In this document: positions 11,690 to 21,832 of the stretch, piece by piece
Layout: each line of letters opens with the position of its first letter
How positions within the stretch are numbered: position 1 is the stretch's first letter
Source: Oceanispirochaeta sp.
Lineage (GTDB): Bacteria; Spirochaetota; Spirochaetia; DSM-2461
Reading direction: 5' to 3'
Assembly: GCA_963663385.2 (NCBI GenBank)
Contig: CAXXXD010000002.1
Location: 960,001-1,024,000, forward strand
DNA length: 64,000 nucleotides
Program-made: the position numbers and the translations under genes
The notes under the pieces: model-generated
Database searches by the model: none
Told to the model about the DNA's origin: nothing
What the model saw: the letters and a program-made list of their open reading frames with translations, nothing else

Positions 11690-12844
11690 TCAGACTGCTT
11701 CTGTCAGGGAAGCCGGCCGGTTTGTGTCCCCGTTGTCATGAAATTGTTCGCTGACCTCTAAAATTTCATTTCTGCAATTTAGAAATGCCTCAACAAAATC
11801 CGGATCAAACTGTTTCCCCTTCTGTTCCGATAAGTATTGAAAACAGGCCTGATTATCCCAGCTCTCTTTGTAGGGTCTTGAACTGCCTAATGCATCGAAT
11901 ACATCCGCAATGGCTACGATCCGGGCTTCTATTGGAATTTCATCACCAACCAGACGGTAGGGATACCCTGTCCCGTCAAACCTCTCATGATGAAATTTGG
12001 CAATATTGATCGCGGTCTCCAGCAGATTATCTGAATCGGGCATTTTCTGATAAACATAGGATAGGCTGAAAATCCGGGATTCCAGGAATTGGCTGGTTAG
12101 TATTTCTTCTCCGTAAACAGGATGCTTCTGGATCTCTTTTATCTCATTTTTATCCAGTTTCCCTTTCTTCAACAGTATGGATTCGGGGATACCGATTTTA
12201 CCGATATCATGCAGAGGGGACGCCATCTGGATTGTCTGAATAAAATCTTCATCCATATTGAGCTTGCGGGCAAGGATGGTACTGTAATTTGACACACGGA
12301 TAACATGCTGACCGGTTTCATAATCCTTGAACTCTGCCGCACGGGATAGTATGCCCACCAGCTGGCTTCTGGAATCATGGAGCTCTCTGTTTTTTATTTT
12401 CAGTTCCTTTGTCCTTTTGTCCACCAGTTCTTCCAGATGGTTTTTATATAACTTATTTTCCAGGAGCAGTTCTCTTTTTTCCAATGCGGCTTTAATCGTT
12501 TTTAAAAATAAAGGAAAGCCGGTTATCGGTTTTTTTATGTAGTCATAGATCCCGGAATGGAACGCATCAATGGTTGATTGTATATCATTATTTCCCGAAA
12601 CGATTATATAGGCCGTATCCGGGAACCGCTTCCGGGCTTTTCTGATGAATTCAATACCGCTCATGCTTCCCGGCATCATCATATCGGTTAAAACCAGGTC
12701 TATCCGGATCGACTGCATGATACTTAAGGCTTCTATCCCTTCCTCAGCCTGTAATACAAAGTAATCTTTTTCCAATACCGATGATAACAGATCCCGTAAG
12801 CTCCTATCATCATCCAGTATCAGTATCTGATATTTAGAATCCAT
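11690..12844 (-). CDS. Response regulator with HD-GYP c-di-GMP phosphodiesterase domain (RpfG-like)
   Basis: Receiver domain, then HDIGKIG and HHERFDGTGYP; start placed at MDSKYQ (ORF track extends to 12949). Confidence 0.9.
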   Translation of the reverse strand: MDSKYQILILDDDRSLRDLLSSVLEKDYFVLQAEEGIEALSIMQSIRIDLVLTDMMMPGSMSGIEFIRKARKRFPDTAYIIVSGNNDIQSTIDAFHSGIYDYIKKPITGFPLFLKTIKAALEKRELLLENKLYKNHLEELVDKRTKELKIKNRELHDSRSQLVGILSRAAEFKDYETGQHVIRVSNYSTILARKLNMDEDFIQTIQMASPLHDIGKIGIPESILLKKGKLDKNEIKEIQKHPVYGEEILTSQFLESRIFSLSYVYQKMPDSDNLLETAINIAKFHHERFDGTGYPYRLVGDEIPIEARIVAIADVFDALGSSRPYKESWDNQACFQYLSEQKGKQFDPDFVEAFLNCRNEILEVSEQFHDNGDTNRPASLTEAV

Positions 12845-12917
12845 ATCGTGTCTGCCCGATAGTATCAGTTTTTCTATGGACAGGCTGCTCTCCCTAATGG
12901 AAAAGGTGCTTTTCAAG

Positions 12918-14894
12918 TCAGAACTCGATGAAATCGCTGTCATTAACACTCCCTCCAGAAGTCCGCCTGTCTATGCTTGCTATGGAAGATGCCAAAAGCA
13001 GCTTCCTGTGTTTTTTCTCGGGGGATGTTTTCTTTAATGTCTTATCATTCAAATCTCTCTTTTGACTGTCGTCGGTCTGGAAATAGCTGACAGCTTCTAT
13101 CATCGTATGGGCCTGGGCAGACATCTCTTCCGACATGGATGCCAACTCTTCCGAGGCAGAAGCATTCTGCTGTATAACCGTATCCAATTGAACCACAGAA
13201 TCATTAATCTGAGAGGAGCCGATCGTCTGTTCTTTACTGGCATAGGAAATCTCTTCTACCAGTTCCGCCGTCTTTTTCATCAGGGGTAGAACTTTTTCGA
13301 TTCTTTTCTGAGCCTGTTCTGCCTGATGGACACTGCTTTTCGTAATTTCAGTAATCTCTTTGGCCGCTATCGCACTGGATTCCGCCAGTTTCCTGACTTC
13401 TGAAGCAACTACTGCAAATCCTTTTCCAGCTTCACCGGCTCTTGCCGCCTCAATTGCCGCGTTCAGTGCCAGCAGATTCGTATTCCTTGCCAGTTCTTCA
13501 ACAATGGCTGTTTTCTCGTCGATTATCCGCATGGCATTTAGTGTCTCTGTAACTGAGTCGCTGGCTTCTTTAGCATTCTCTGTCACTTCCTGAGACATGG
13601 TGTTGGAGTGTGCCGCATTATCGGAATTCTGTTGAATATTGGAGTTCAACTCCTCTATGGACGCTGAAATTTCTTCCATATTGGCTGCCTGTTCGCTGGC
13701 ACCGGATGAGATTTCACTGGCTGATTCTGCAATCTGGTCAGATCCGTTTGTCAGTTCCTTCGCCGATTCGGTTATGGCAATCACAATTGATTTCAATCGG
13801 GACGTCATTGTTTCCATCGACCCGTATATCCCTGTCAGTTTCTTTTCCGGGAAAGTTAAAGTAAGGTCCCCTTTGGCAATGCTTGATGCAATCGCCTCTA
13901 TTTCATAGGGTTCTCCCCCCAACTGGCGTGAAAGAGAGGATGTTATAAGAAAGGTGATTCCAATACTGAATAAAATGGCAACAATGCTGAAAAGGACGGC
14001 AATGGCAATATTCAGTTTTGCTCTTTGATTAATGACTTCTTCAATACTAGCTCTGATCTGATCTCCCTCTTTCATAACCTCAAGAGCGTGACTTTGCTGG
14101 TCGGCATATATTTCTGTCTGGCTGTTTTCTAAATCAACGAACTCTGAAATTGTTTCCTGATATATATCGATCTGATTCAGACAGGTTTCAATATATATAT
14201 GAAACTCTTCTGCGTTTATGTTCTTTTCATAATCCAGCAACAGATTCCGTGACTGAATGATTCCGGTCGTCCAGCTTTCCAGATAAGCCGCTTTTTCTTC
14301 TTTTTTAACGGCTTGTTTGTACTTCTCGGCATTAATATGATACTCATAGGTCACATTCAATATCTTCTGCAGTTTCTGCAGCCCCCGAACCTGATCTCTG
14401 TACTCTCCGCCGGAAAGGCTATCGCTGGAAAGCCGATCTTCAGTCAGGCCGATTATCTGATGAATCGTCTGCTGTAATTTTCGGGCCGCATCGGATCGTA
14501 TCCTGTCGCTTTCATTCCTTTGCATCTGAATCCGGTAAGATTCCTGATTCAGGGATTCATACTCTTCCATATTGTTAATCAATTGAGTCAGCAGCTGCTG
14601 GTCCTGCCGGAAGACCATCCTGTCGTAAGCTGTTTCTGCCTTTGCAACGCCCTTGATTATGGCGTCTTCAGCCTTCTGTATATAGGATTCATCCTGGTAG
14701 ATAATGTAACGGAGGGTTGCTGCCTGCGCTTCCTGGGAATAGGACAGGGACTGATTTGTCAGATAATTGGTACCATTCATGTGGATGATCTGATTAATAC
14801 CTCTGGTTCCGAGGAATCCTACGGTTACAGTGAATGCAATCAGCAAGGTAAAACTTGATAGAATCTTTGTTCGAATTTTCATCTTTTTAAACAT
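12918..14894 (-). CDS. Methyl-accepting chemotaxis protein
   Basis: Two TMs, large periplasmic helical domain, [41 protein letters not shown] before ATG at 14894. Confidence 0.95.
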   Translation of the reverse strand: MFKKMKIRTKILSSFTLLIAFTVTVGFLGTRGINQIIHMNGTNYLTNQSLSYSQEAQAATLRYIIYQDESYIQKAEDAIIKGVAKAETAYDRMVFRQDQQLLTQLINNMEEYESLNQESYRIQMQRNESDRIRSDAARKLQQTIHQIIGLTEDRLSSDSLSGGEYRDQVRGLQKLQKILNVTYEYHINAEKYKQAVKKEEKAAYLESWTTGIIQSRNLLLDYEKNINAEEFHIYIETCLNQIDIYQETISEFVDLENSQTEIYADQQSHALEVMKEGDQIRASIEEVINQRAKLNIAIAVLFSIVAILFSIGITFLITSSLSRQLGGEPYEIEAIASSIAKGDLTLTFPEKKLTGIYGSMETMTSRLKSIVIAITESAKELTNGSDQIAESASEISSGASEQAANMEEISASIEELNSNIQQNSDNAAHSNTMSQEVTENAKEASDSVTETLNAMRIIDEKTAIVEELARNTNLLALNAAIEAARAGEAGKGFAVVASEVRKLAESSAIAAKEITEITKSSVHQAEQAQKRIEKVLPLMKKTAELVEEISYASKEQTIGSSQINDSVVQLDTVIQQNASASEELASMSEEMSAQAHTMIEAVSYFQTDDSQKRDLNDKTLKKTSPEKKHRKLLLASSIASIDRRTSGGSVNDSDFIEF

Positions 14895-15046
14895 AACGGT
14901 CTCCTGTGTTATATCCCTTGAACTTAGAGAAATTGCACAGAAAAAATAAGTATCATTTTTCATGTAACGGTAACAAAGGTTTATTAAGGAGTCTTACCGT
15001 AATGGAAACGGTAGGGAGCTGTTACGGGTAGTGTATCAGGGGAGGG

Positions 15047-15082
15047 TGCGGATGAACCGAGAGAACATTCGTTTCATCCGCA
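15047..15082 (-). terminator. Hairpin downstream of GH4 gene
   Basis: TGCGGATGAA...TTCATCCGCA inverted repeat just after the stop codon. Confidence 0.5.
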
Positions 15083-15087
15083 GATTT

Positions 15088-16455
15088 CTATTTCAGATAA
15101 TCCAGCCAGGGACTCTGACGGCTTATCATCCGGTCTACCATCTCTTTCAGGGGACGGGCCCTGTTGACTACAGGGTTGGCCAGCAGTGACTGAATCACAT
15201 AATCCCTGCTCTGGTTCAGAACTGCTTCCGCCAGAAGGTCATAGGCTCCCGTGTAATTCCGGAGAAGAGCTGTAAATCCTTTGGGGAGATCCAGTTTGCG
15301 TCCCGTGATTCCGTCTTTTGAAATAATACCGGGTACTTCAACGGCAATCCAGTCGGGAAGATCCGCAATCAGTCCATTGTTGATAATATTGACTGCCGGC
15401 TCCAAATAACCGCTGTTGTCAATCATCCCTTCGGCAATGGGAACAAAGCGTTCCTTGCAGATCATCTCTATTTCTGCTTTGCCTTCAGCGCTCAGCATAA
15501 CCTTGTAGATGTCGAAGAAGTCCATGATTCCCCTGTTATCCACAACTTCCCAGGCCCAGCTGAGGTACTCCCCGAAGTGGCTGTCACCTGTAATGGGCAG
15601 CAGGTTGTATGTATCCATGATAAAACGGAAGAGATTCCTGTCCGCCCATTCATAGGCGCTGCCCTCTTCCAGTCCCAGCTGCAAACGGCCTTTGGAACCT
15701 TCCGTATGGATGATTTCTCCGGTTTTTTTATAGTAATCCAGCATATCGCTGTACCCGGGCTCCCTGCTGAAAAACTCATAAGCCTTCTCCATAATGGCAG
15801 GGTAGAGATCATCTCCGGTCTTTCGGTCTTTTGCTTCCAGAAGGCAGCTGAAGTGGTTGAGCCCTCCTGCAATCAGTTCCATATCCTTGTAGGGTTTGTT
15901 CAGCATGGAGGGTATGTAACGTTCCAGTGAGGCTATCTCGTGGCACATACCGGTGAATCTGATACCCGGGAAGGCACGGTGAACCGTTGTAGTAATCGCT
16001 GTCATGGGATTGGAGTAACAGAATATCTGGGCTTCAGGGCAAATCTCCACGGCATCCCGGCAGATCTCAAGAATGGGAGGCAGGATCCTGAGGGCATGAA
16101 AAGTTCCCCCGGGACCTCCGTTTTCTCCATATACCTGCTTAAACCCATACTGCTGGGGTACCTTCCAGTCCTCTTCCCATAGTCTGAACCTGTCACCCGC
16201 TTCAATCGAAAGAATTATATGATCAGCTCCCTTAAAGGCAGCCTTTCTGTCCAGAGTGGTGTGAATGGCAAAGTCCAGATTATGTTTCTTCAGGAATCCT
16301 ACTGTTTCGTCCCTGACGTTCTGCAGCGCCTTTTCATTAATATCAAGCAGGGTTATTTCTGAACCTGTCAGTTTTTTACTGGAAAAAATATCCCCCAGCA
16401 TTCCCAACCCGAACTGGGCGCTTCCTGCGCCGACCAATACGATTTTCTTGCTCAT
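15088..16455 (-). CDS. Glycoside hydrolase family 4 (NAD+-dependent alpha-galactosidase/glucosidase)
   Basis: KIVLVGAGS, ENGGPGG, YSNPM, GMCHE, GLNH motifs. Confidence 0.92.
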   Translation of the reverse strand: MSKKIVLVGAGSAQFGLGMLGDIFSSKKLTGSEITLLDINEKALQNVRDETVGFLKKHNLDFAIHTTLDRKAAFKGADHIILSIEAGDRFRLWEEDWKVPQQYGFKQVYGENGGPGGTFHALRILPPILEICRDAVEICPEAQIFCYSNPMTAITTTVHRAFPGIRFTGMCHEIASLERYIPSMLNKPYKDMELIAGGLNHFSCLLEAKDRKTGDDLYPAIMEKAYEFFSREPGYSDMLDYYKKTGEIIHTEGSKGRLQLGLEEGSAYEWADRNLFRFIMDTYNLLPITGDSHFGEYLSWAWEVVDNRGIMDFFDIYKVMLSAEGKAEIEMICKERFVPIAEGMIDNSGYLEPAVNIINNGLIADLPDWIAVEVPGIISKDGITGRKLDLPKGFTALLRNYTGAYDLLAEAVLNQSRDYVIQSLLANPVVNRARPLKEMVDRMISRQSPWLDYLK

Positions 16456-16625
16456 GACCGCATTCTCCTGTTCTATTTTATATAGTTACTATTTAAAAGC
16501 ATTTCTGAAATAAATCAATATAAATTTCGAAAAATAAATAAAAAACATGAAAATAAATGAAAAATATAGTGAAAATTATCATTGTGAGAATTGACAGTCC
16601 CTGACCTGGAGGCTAATATCGCATT

Positions 16626-17618
16626 ATGGGTAAGATAAATTTGAAGGATATTGCCGAAGAGTGCGGGGTCAGCATCAGCACTGTCAGCCGGGTGATCAAT
16701 GATCCCGATCAGGTTCAGGCCGGAACGCGGGAAAACGTCTATAAAGCAATGCGGGATCTGGGGTATAAGCCGAGTCTTAAAACAGAAACCGGAAAACAGG
16801 GGCATGGCGCCGTTGCTCTGATAACATCCTGCTCGGGATCGGAGTTCTTTACAGATTTTATGATTGCCCTCCAGGATGAGTTCTCACGACATAATCTGTA
16901 TCCTCTGCTGATTGATACGAGGGGTGAACTCTCTCTCTCTGCTTTTATCGGGCGTAACAGTTCATGGGTGAATCTGGTGGATGCGGCTATTGTATTCTAC
17001 TGTCAGATTGATGAACTGGCCCGGGATTTCCTGAAGGAACACAACCTGCCGACAGCAGTTGTCCACAACCGCTGTCCCTATTTCTATTCCATAATGAATA
17101 ATGATTATCTTGGCGGGTATGATGCGGCCGCCTATCTGTGGGATAAAGGATACCGCCGGTTCTCCCTGATAGACTGGGATAAAAAAGAAGAGGATAAGAG
17201 CGGGGGCAGAAAAGCAGGATTTTTCCAGTTCCTGAAAGAAAAGGATATTGATCCGGATAAGGATATACGGCAGCAGACCGAGCGGATAAGTATGGAAGGG
17301 GGGTATAAGGCTACGGAGAGGCTGCTGGAGAAGGGCAGGCCGGATGTAGTATTTTACGCCTGCGATACCATGGCCATGGGCGGAATTGAGTACTGCCGTG
17401 AGCAGGGGATTCGTATCCCCGAGGATCTGGCCATAATGGGATTTGATGATATCCGTATGGCCGAGGCCATGAACCTGACTACGATGAAACAATTTATTTC
17501 AAGCAAGGCCCGTTCCGTATCCCGGCATATTCTGGATGGACTGAACGGAGCCATCCCCCCGGAATTCCCGGAGGAAGTTACCATTACTCCCATAGTGGTG
17601 GAACGGAAAACAACCTGA
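16626..17618 (+). CDS. LacI-family regulator, divergent from GH4
   Basis: LKDIAEECGVSISTVSRVIN HTH; IPEDLAIMGFDD. Confidence 0.95.
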   Translation: MGKINLKDIAEECGVSISTVSRVINDPDQVQAGTRENVYKAMRDLGYKPSLKTETGKQGHGAVALITSCSGSEFFTDFMIALQDEFSRHNLYPLLIDTRGELSLSAFIGRNSSWVNLVDAAIVFYCQIDELARDFLKEHNLPTAVVHNRCPYFYSIMNNDYLGGYDAAAYLWDKGYRRFSLIDWDKKEEDKSGGRKAGFFQFLKEKDIDPDKDIRQQTERISMEGGYKATERLLEKGRPDVVFYACDTMAMGGIEYCREQGIRIPEDLAIMGFDDIRMAEAMNLTTMKQFISSKARSVSRHILDGLNGAIPPEFPEEVTITPIVVERKTT

Positions 17619-17632
17619 TATACTCTTTTTTT

Positions 17633-18580
17633 ATGAACAATATCTCTTATGCATCCTGTCGGATCTGCGGCCGTAACTGCGGTGTGGACCGTAGTAAAAC
17701 AACAGCCTGGTGCGGTCAGAAAGATACTATCCGGATGGCATGGGCCGGTCTTCACTTCGGCGAGGAGCCCCCGGTTACGGGGGAGGGCGGAAGCGGAACT
17801 CTCTTTTTTTCCGGCTGTACCCTGGGTTGTCCCTTCTGTCAGAACTGGCAGATCAGCCGGCATGGTATGGGAAAGGATATTTCCACAGAAGAGTTTGTCG
17901 CAATCTGCCGGGTATTGATGGATGCGGGGGCGGAGAATCTGAATCTGGTTACTCCCTCCCATTTTATCCCCGGTCTGGCGGAGCTTCTGCCCCTTCTGAA
18001 ATCGGAGGGTGTGAATCTTCCTGTTGTGTGGAACTCTTCCGGACAGGAGTCTCCCGAAGCCCTGGAGGCTGTGGCCGGTCATATTGATATATTCCTTCCT
18101 GATCTGAAAACCCTGGACCATCGGGTAGCCCGTGAGTACTACCGCTTTGAGGAATATCCCGGAGTAGCCGAACCGGCCATAAACAAGATGATTGAATCCC
18201 GTCCCCTGGAACTGGATAAAAAGGGTGTAATGAAAAGAGGCGTTCTTCTCAGGCATCTCATTCTGCCCGGTGAGATCGAATCAACAAGGCAGGTGCTGGA
18301 GTGGTTTGCCCGCAATGGCAGGGACCGGGCACTGCTGTCTCTCATGAGTCAGTACACCCCTGTCCCGACACCGGATTTTCCTCATGTCCGTCCGGACCGT
18401 TACCTTTCGGAAGATGAGTATGAACAGGTTCTGGAATGGCTGCAGGAGTATGACCTGGAAGACGGTTTCATTCAGGAGCTGATTACAGGGAGCGACTGGC
18501 TCCCCGATTTTAATAAACCCCGTCCGTTTTCGTCCGAACTGTCCAAAGCTCTCTGGCACTGGAAAGAAGGGTTTTTATAG
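17633..18580 (+). CDS. Radical SAM protein, PflX-like
   Basis: HFGEEPP..G..GSGT.FFSGCTLGCPFCQN; RHLILPG; LMSQYTP. Confidence 0.85.
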   Translation: MNNISYASCRICGRNCGVDRSKTTAWCGQKDTIRMAWAGLHFGEEPPVTGEGGSGTLFFSGCTLGCPFCQNWQISRHGMGKDISTEEFVAICRVLMDAGAENLNLVTPSHFIPGLAELLPLLKSEGVNLPVVWNSSGQESPEALEAVAGHIDIFLPDLKTLDHRVAREYYRFEEYPGVAEPAINKMIESRPLELDKKGVMKRGVLLRHLILPGEIESTRQVLEWFARNGRDRALLSLMSQYTPVPTPDFPHVRPDRYLSEDEYEQVLEWLQEYDLEDGFIQELITGSDWLPDFNKPRPFSSELSKALWHWKEGFL

Positions 18581-18584
18581 GAAG

Positions 18585-19112
18585 TTATAAAACTTTGATT
18601 TCTATCTTCTTACGGGGAAGAAAGGAGTATTTGAGACTCCCCTTTGGACAGGATGCTACACACTCCAGGCAGCGGGAGCAGCTGAAGGCATCACCCGATT
18701 TACTCTTGTCATCCTGATAGAGACTGTATTCTTCGTTTAGACTGGAAATATAACAGGTCTTATCGCAAATCCCGCAGGACGTACAGCTTTCCTGATCTCT
18801 GGTTATTCTGAAAAAGCTGTATTTATTCAGGAATCCCCCCACCCAGGCAATGGGACAGCCCAACTTATGGTATTGATACATTTGAGAGGCTTCGGATCCT
18901 TTCTTATTTCCTCCCATCATCAGTTCCATAATGAACCCCAGGGGACATATCCACCGGCAGAATACTTTTCCCAGGATGATTCCGGTAAATGATCCTCCGA
19001 TAAGAACATACAGGATGGGAATATGAAAGTAGGATGTTAAAGTATAAATACCCAGCCCTGCCAGAGCCTGAATGATTCGTCTTTTAGGTATTATGATTTT
19101 TGAATATTGCAT
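18585..19112 (-). CDS. Membrane-bound 4Fe-4S binding (polyferredoxin-like) protein
   Basis: FCRWICPLG, CTSCGICDKTC, CSRCLECVASCP. Confidence 0.8.
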   Translation of the reverse strand: MQYSKIIIPKRRIIQALAGLGIYTLTSYFHIPILYVLIGGSFTGIILGKVFCRWICPLGFIMELMMGGNKKGSEASQMYQYHKLGCPIAWVGGFLNKYSFFRITRDQESCTSCGICDKTCYISSLNEEYSLYQDDKSKSGDAFSCSRCLECVASCPKGSLKYSFLPRKKIEIKVL

Positions 19113-19223
19113 AAATACTATATAAGGTATAATTCAATCGTTGTCAATCGATTTTCACGGGAATCCGGCAAAACTGAAAACTCTGGATATAAAGCTTTTA
19201 TCCAGAGTTAATTCGGCGCAGAC

Positions 19224-19919
19224 TTATTCCGGACCGATTACCGTGCCCGTAAAATCCTCTTCGTTGAAAATCTTCCTGAGGTTGGGAAGATCCTTTCCGT
19301 CTGCAGCAATAACTTGCAGTTTCAGCTCTCTGGCTTTCTTTGTGGCAACAGGGTCAAAAGGCGTATTTTTACCAGGGGTCCAGACATCGCCGCACATCTT
19401 CTGATATTCGGTCCAGCTAATTTCATCAAGGGGTTTAGCATCTGGATTCAGGTTGGGATCGTCGGTATACACTTTTTTGATATTGGACAAATTCAGAATC
19501 GTATGCGCCTGGAAAGTTTCTGCCAGGAGTACCGCGTCGTAATCGGTGGACCATCCCGGTTTCCATCCCGCTGCCACCAGAACCCGGCCTTTCATGGATT
19601 TGACTACAGTAGGATCGGTTACGACAGGATCCTTGCACCACTCTCCCATAACGGCTTTCACCATCTGCGCATTCAGACGGGTCGCCATAATGCCTATCCA
19701 GTCCAACTCCTCGTCCGAGGGGGCTGCTTCGGTTTCCTTGTATGCCTGCTGATACTTCCGGGCCGGGGCTCCTCCGCCAATTATAAGGATAATTTTTCTC
19801 TCTTCATCCGCCTTTAACCAGTCTGTCAGAAAGTTTCGCATTTCCTTCAGAAAATCCGTGTCGATTACTTCGGGAGCGACAATTGAGCCTCCCAGATCCA
19901 GTACCTGAATTTTTTCCAT
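19224..19919 (-). CDS. pyrH: UMP kinase, archaeal-type
   Basis: DLGGS, GGGAPARKY, LDWIGIMATRLNA, PGWSTD, PFDPVA. Confidence 0.9.
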   Translation of the reverse strand: MEKIQVLDLGGSIVAPEVIDTDFLKEMRNFLTDWLKADEERKIILIIGGGAPARKYQQAYKETEAAPSDEELDWIGIMATRLNAQMVKAVMGEWCKDPVVTDPTVVKSMKGRVLVAAGWKPGWSTDYDAVLLAETFQAHTILNLSNIKKVYTDDPNLNPDAKPLDEISWTEYQKMCGDVWTPGKNTPFDPVATKKARELKLQVIAADGKDLPNLRKIFNEEDFTGTVIGPE

Positions 19920-20077
19920 ATGCCTCTCCCCGGTTTTCTGTATTACCATTCACAGGGCTCCGACCGGGCCTGTTTATGGTCGCCGCTATTGTATATGCTC
20001 TGCTTATTTTTTGACAAGACCTGCCGGAAGGGATTTGCCTTGACAGTACACCGTCCCGTCGGGGTATATTAGACCTT

Positions 20078-20749
20078 ATGAGAAAAATTATGACAGTTCT
20101 CCTGCTTTTGACAGCGGGACTCTATACGGCTGCCGCACAGGAAACGGCGGAAAAATATTTTGACAGGATTTCGGAATATTACGGATCAGTCAATGATTAC
20201 GAGGGTGATCTGATTATTACGAGGGGAGACCAGGAGCAGAAAGCCCGGATTTCCTATAAAATACCCAATATGCTCCGTCTGGACTTTTCCAGTCCCGAAG
20301 GGCAGGTCCTTGTTGTCAATAATGAAAAGCTGGAGCTCTATCTTCCCGAGTACAGAGTATCCTTTGTTCAGCCTGTCGGTAACCACTCCGACACGGCCCT
20401 GGCAAATATGGCCAATGCCCAGGGGCTGACTCTGATGAAACGAAATTACAGTATAGGTTATGTTTCCGGTCCGGAACCTGTTCCGCTGGATACGGGGTCG
20501 GAGGAGATCGTGACAAAACTGAGGCTCAGTACCCGGTCCAGCAGCGAGGGGTTCCGGGAAATGACCATGAGTATCGGCAGCAATAACCTGATCAGACGGA
20601 TAGAGGGGATTACCACAGGAATGGAAAAGATCGTTTTTGATTTTACCAATCTGGAAATAAACAGGGGTATTCCTGATGCCCGGTTTGATTACAAGAGTCC
20701 TCCCGAAGGAAATACCATTGAGAATTTTCTATTTGAACCTGAAAGTTGA
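20078..20749 (+). CDS. lolA: Outer membrane lipoprotein carrier LolA
   Basis: Signal peptide, YKIPNMLRLDFSSPEGQVLV, F.YKSPP C-terminus; adjacent to rodZ-rimO. Confidence 0.75.
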   Translation: MRKIMTVLLLLTAGLYTAAAQETAEKYFDRISEYYGSVNDYEGDLIITRGDQEQKARISYKIPNMLRLDFSSPEGQVLVVNNEKLELYLPEYRVSFVQPVGNHSDTALANMANAQGLTLMKRNYSIGYVSGPEPVPLDTGSEEIVTKLRLSTRSSSEGFREMTMSIGSNNLIRRIEGITTGMEKIVFDFTNLEINRGIPDARFDYKSPPEGNTIENFLFEPES

Positions 20750-20755
20750 GGCAGT

Positions 20756-21832
20756 ATGAAATCTATCGGAGAAACACTGAAAGAGGCCCGGGAGGCAAAA
20801 GGCAGTACCATACAGCAGATTTCCCTGGATTTGAATATATCCAGAGAGTATCTGGCAGCTCTGGAAGAGGAGCAGTTTGATATCTTCCCGGCCGAAACCT
20901 ACCTTCTGGGATTTCTGAGAAATTATTCGGAATACCTGGGTCTGGATGTGGATAAGAATATTAATCTGTATAAAAACTACAAGATCAGTGAAGAGCCGGC
21001 TCCCCTTGAAGAGCTGGTGGGTCAGCAGAAAATTTCTGCCGTCATTCCCCTGAGACTGTTCCTTATTGTCCTTGTTCTGGGCATTGTCGCAGCAGCCGGC
21101 TGGTTCGGGTACCGGTATTTTTCTCCGCGGCTGATGCAGAAAGAAGCGCCTGTTGAAATCTATAAAGGGGTGGATTACAGCCTGGATCTGAATTCGGCGG
21201 AGTGGCAGATGCATACGGGCGATCGTATTCTGGTCCCCCATGGTGACGGGGAACTGGTTATGAGGATCAGTCTTGAGGACAGGCGCTGCCGGATTGCCAT
21301 CTCTGATCTGGCAGATGAGGATATTATCCTTTTTCCCGGGGATGAAAAGATTCTGCCCGGGGGGGACGGTATACCTGTAATTCGTTTGAAACTGAATTCC
21401 CTTGATGAAAACGGGGCTCTTCTTCTGGTGGAAAGAACCGATGTGGTTACGGAAAACAATCCGGACAATGACGCGGAAGAGCTGATTCCACCCGTTGCCA
21501 GTATAAAAGAGGATGCGGAAAAAACGATTCTCACAGGATTGAATAAACCGGAAGACTTTACTTTAAATGCACAGTTCAGCAGCTACTGTCTCTTCCGTTA
21601 CCAGGCGGACGGGGCAGATTATGTGGAAAAGTACTACCGCGAGGGAGACCGTATTCGTCTGGGGGTTGAAAAACAGCTGATGATCTGGGGTTCCAGCGCC
21701 GGAGCTGTTTCTCTGTCTGTGAACGGCGTTAGTGTGGCGCAGGGAAAGTCCGGAGAAGTTCTAGTTAAATTAATACAGTGGGTGAAGAATGATGAAGGAA
21801 AATATGACCTCGTCCTCTTCCCTGTCCAGTAA
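20756..21832 (+). CDS. rodZ: RodZ-like HTH membrane protein
   Basis: SIGETLKEARE...YLAALEEE.F...YLLGFLRNYSEYLGLD, single TM, C-terminal DUF4115-like region. Confidence 0.8.
   Translation: MKSIGETLKEAREAKGSTIQQISLDLNISREYLAALEEEQFDIFPAETYLLGFLRNYSEYLGLDVDKNINLYKNYKISEEPAPLEELVGQQKISAVIPLRLFLIVLVLGIVAAAGWFGYRYFSPRLMQKEAPVEIYKGVDYSLDLNSAEWQMHTGDRILVPHGDGELVMRISLEDRRCRIAISDLADEDIILFPGDEKILPGGDGIPVIRLKLNSLDENGALLLVERTDVVTENNPDNDAEELIPPVASIKEDAEKTILTGLNKPEDFTLNAQFSSYCLFRYQADGADYVEKYYREGDRIRLGVEKQLMIWGSSAGAVSLSVNGVSVAQGKSGEVLVKLIQWVKNDEGKYDLVLFPVQ

Noticed and set aside
17633..18580. PflX-like radical SAM protein as activase of the GRE or maturase of the sulfatase
   Set aside because: The GRE has its own adjacent activase, and this protein lacks a C-terminal Cys-rich SPASM domain
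19224..19919. Archaeal-type pyrH as a recent horizontal transfer
   Set aside because: This UMP kinase type is already known in spirochaetes and its composition matches the flanks
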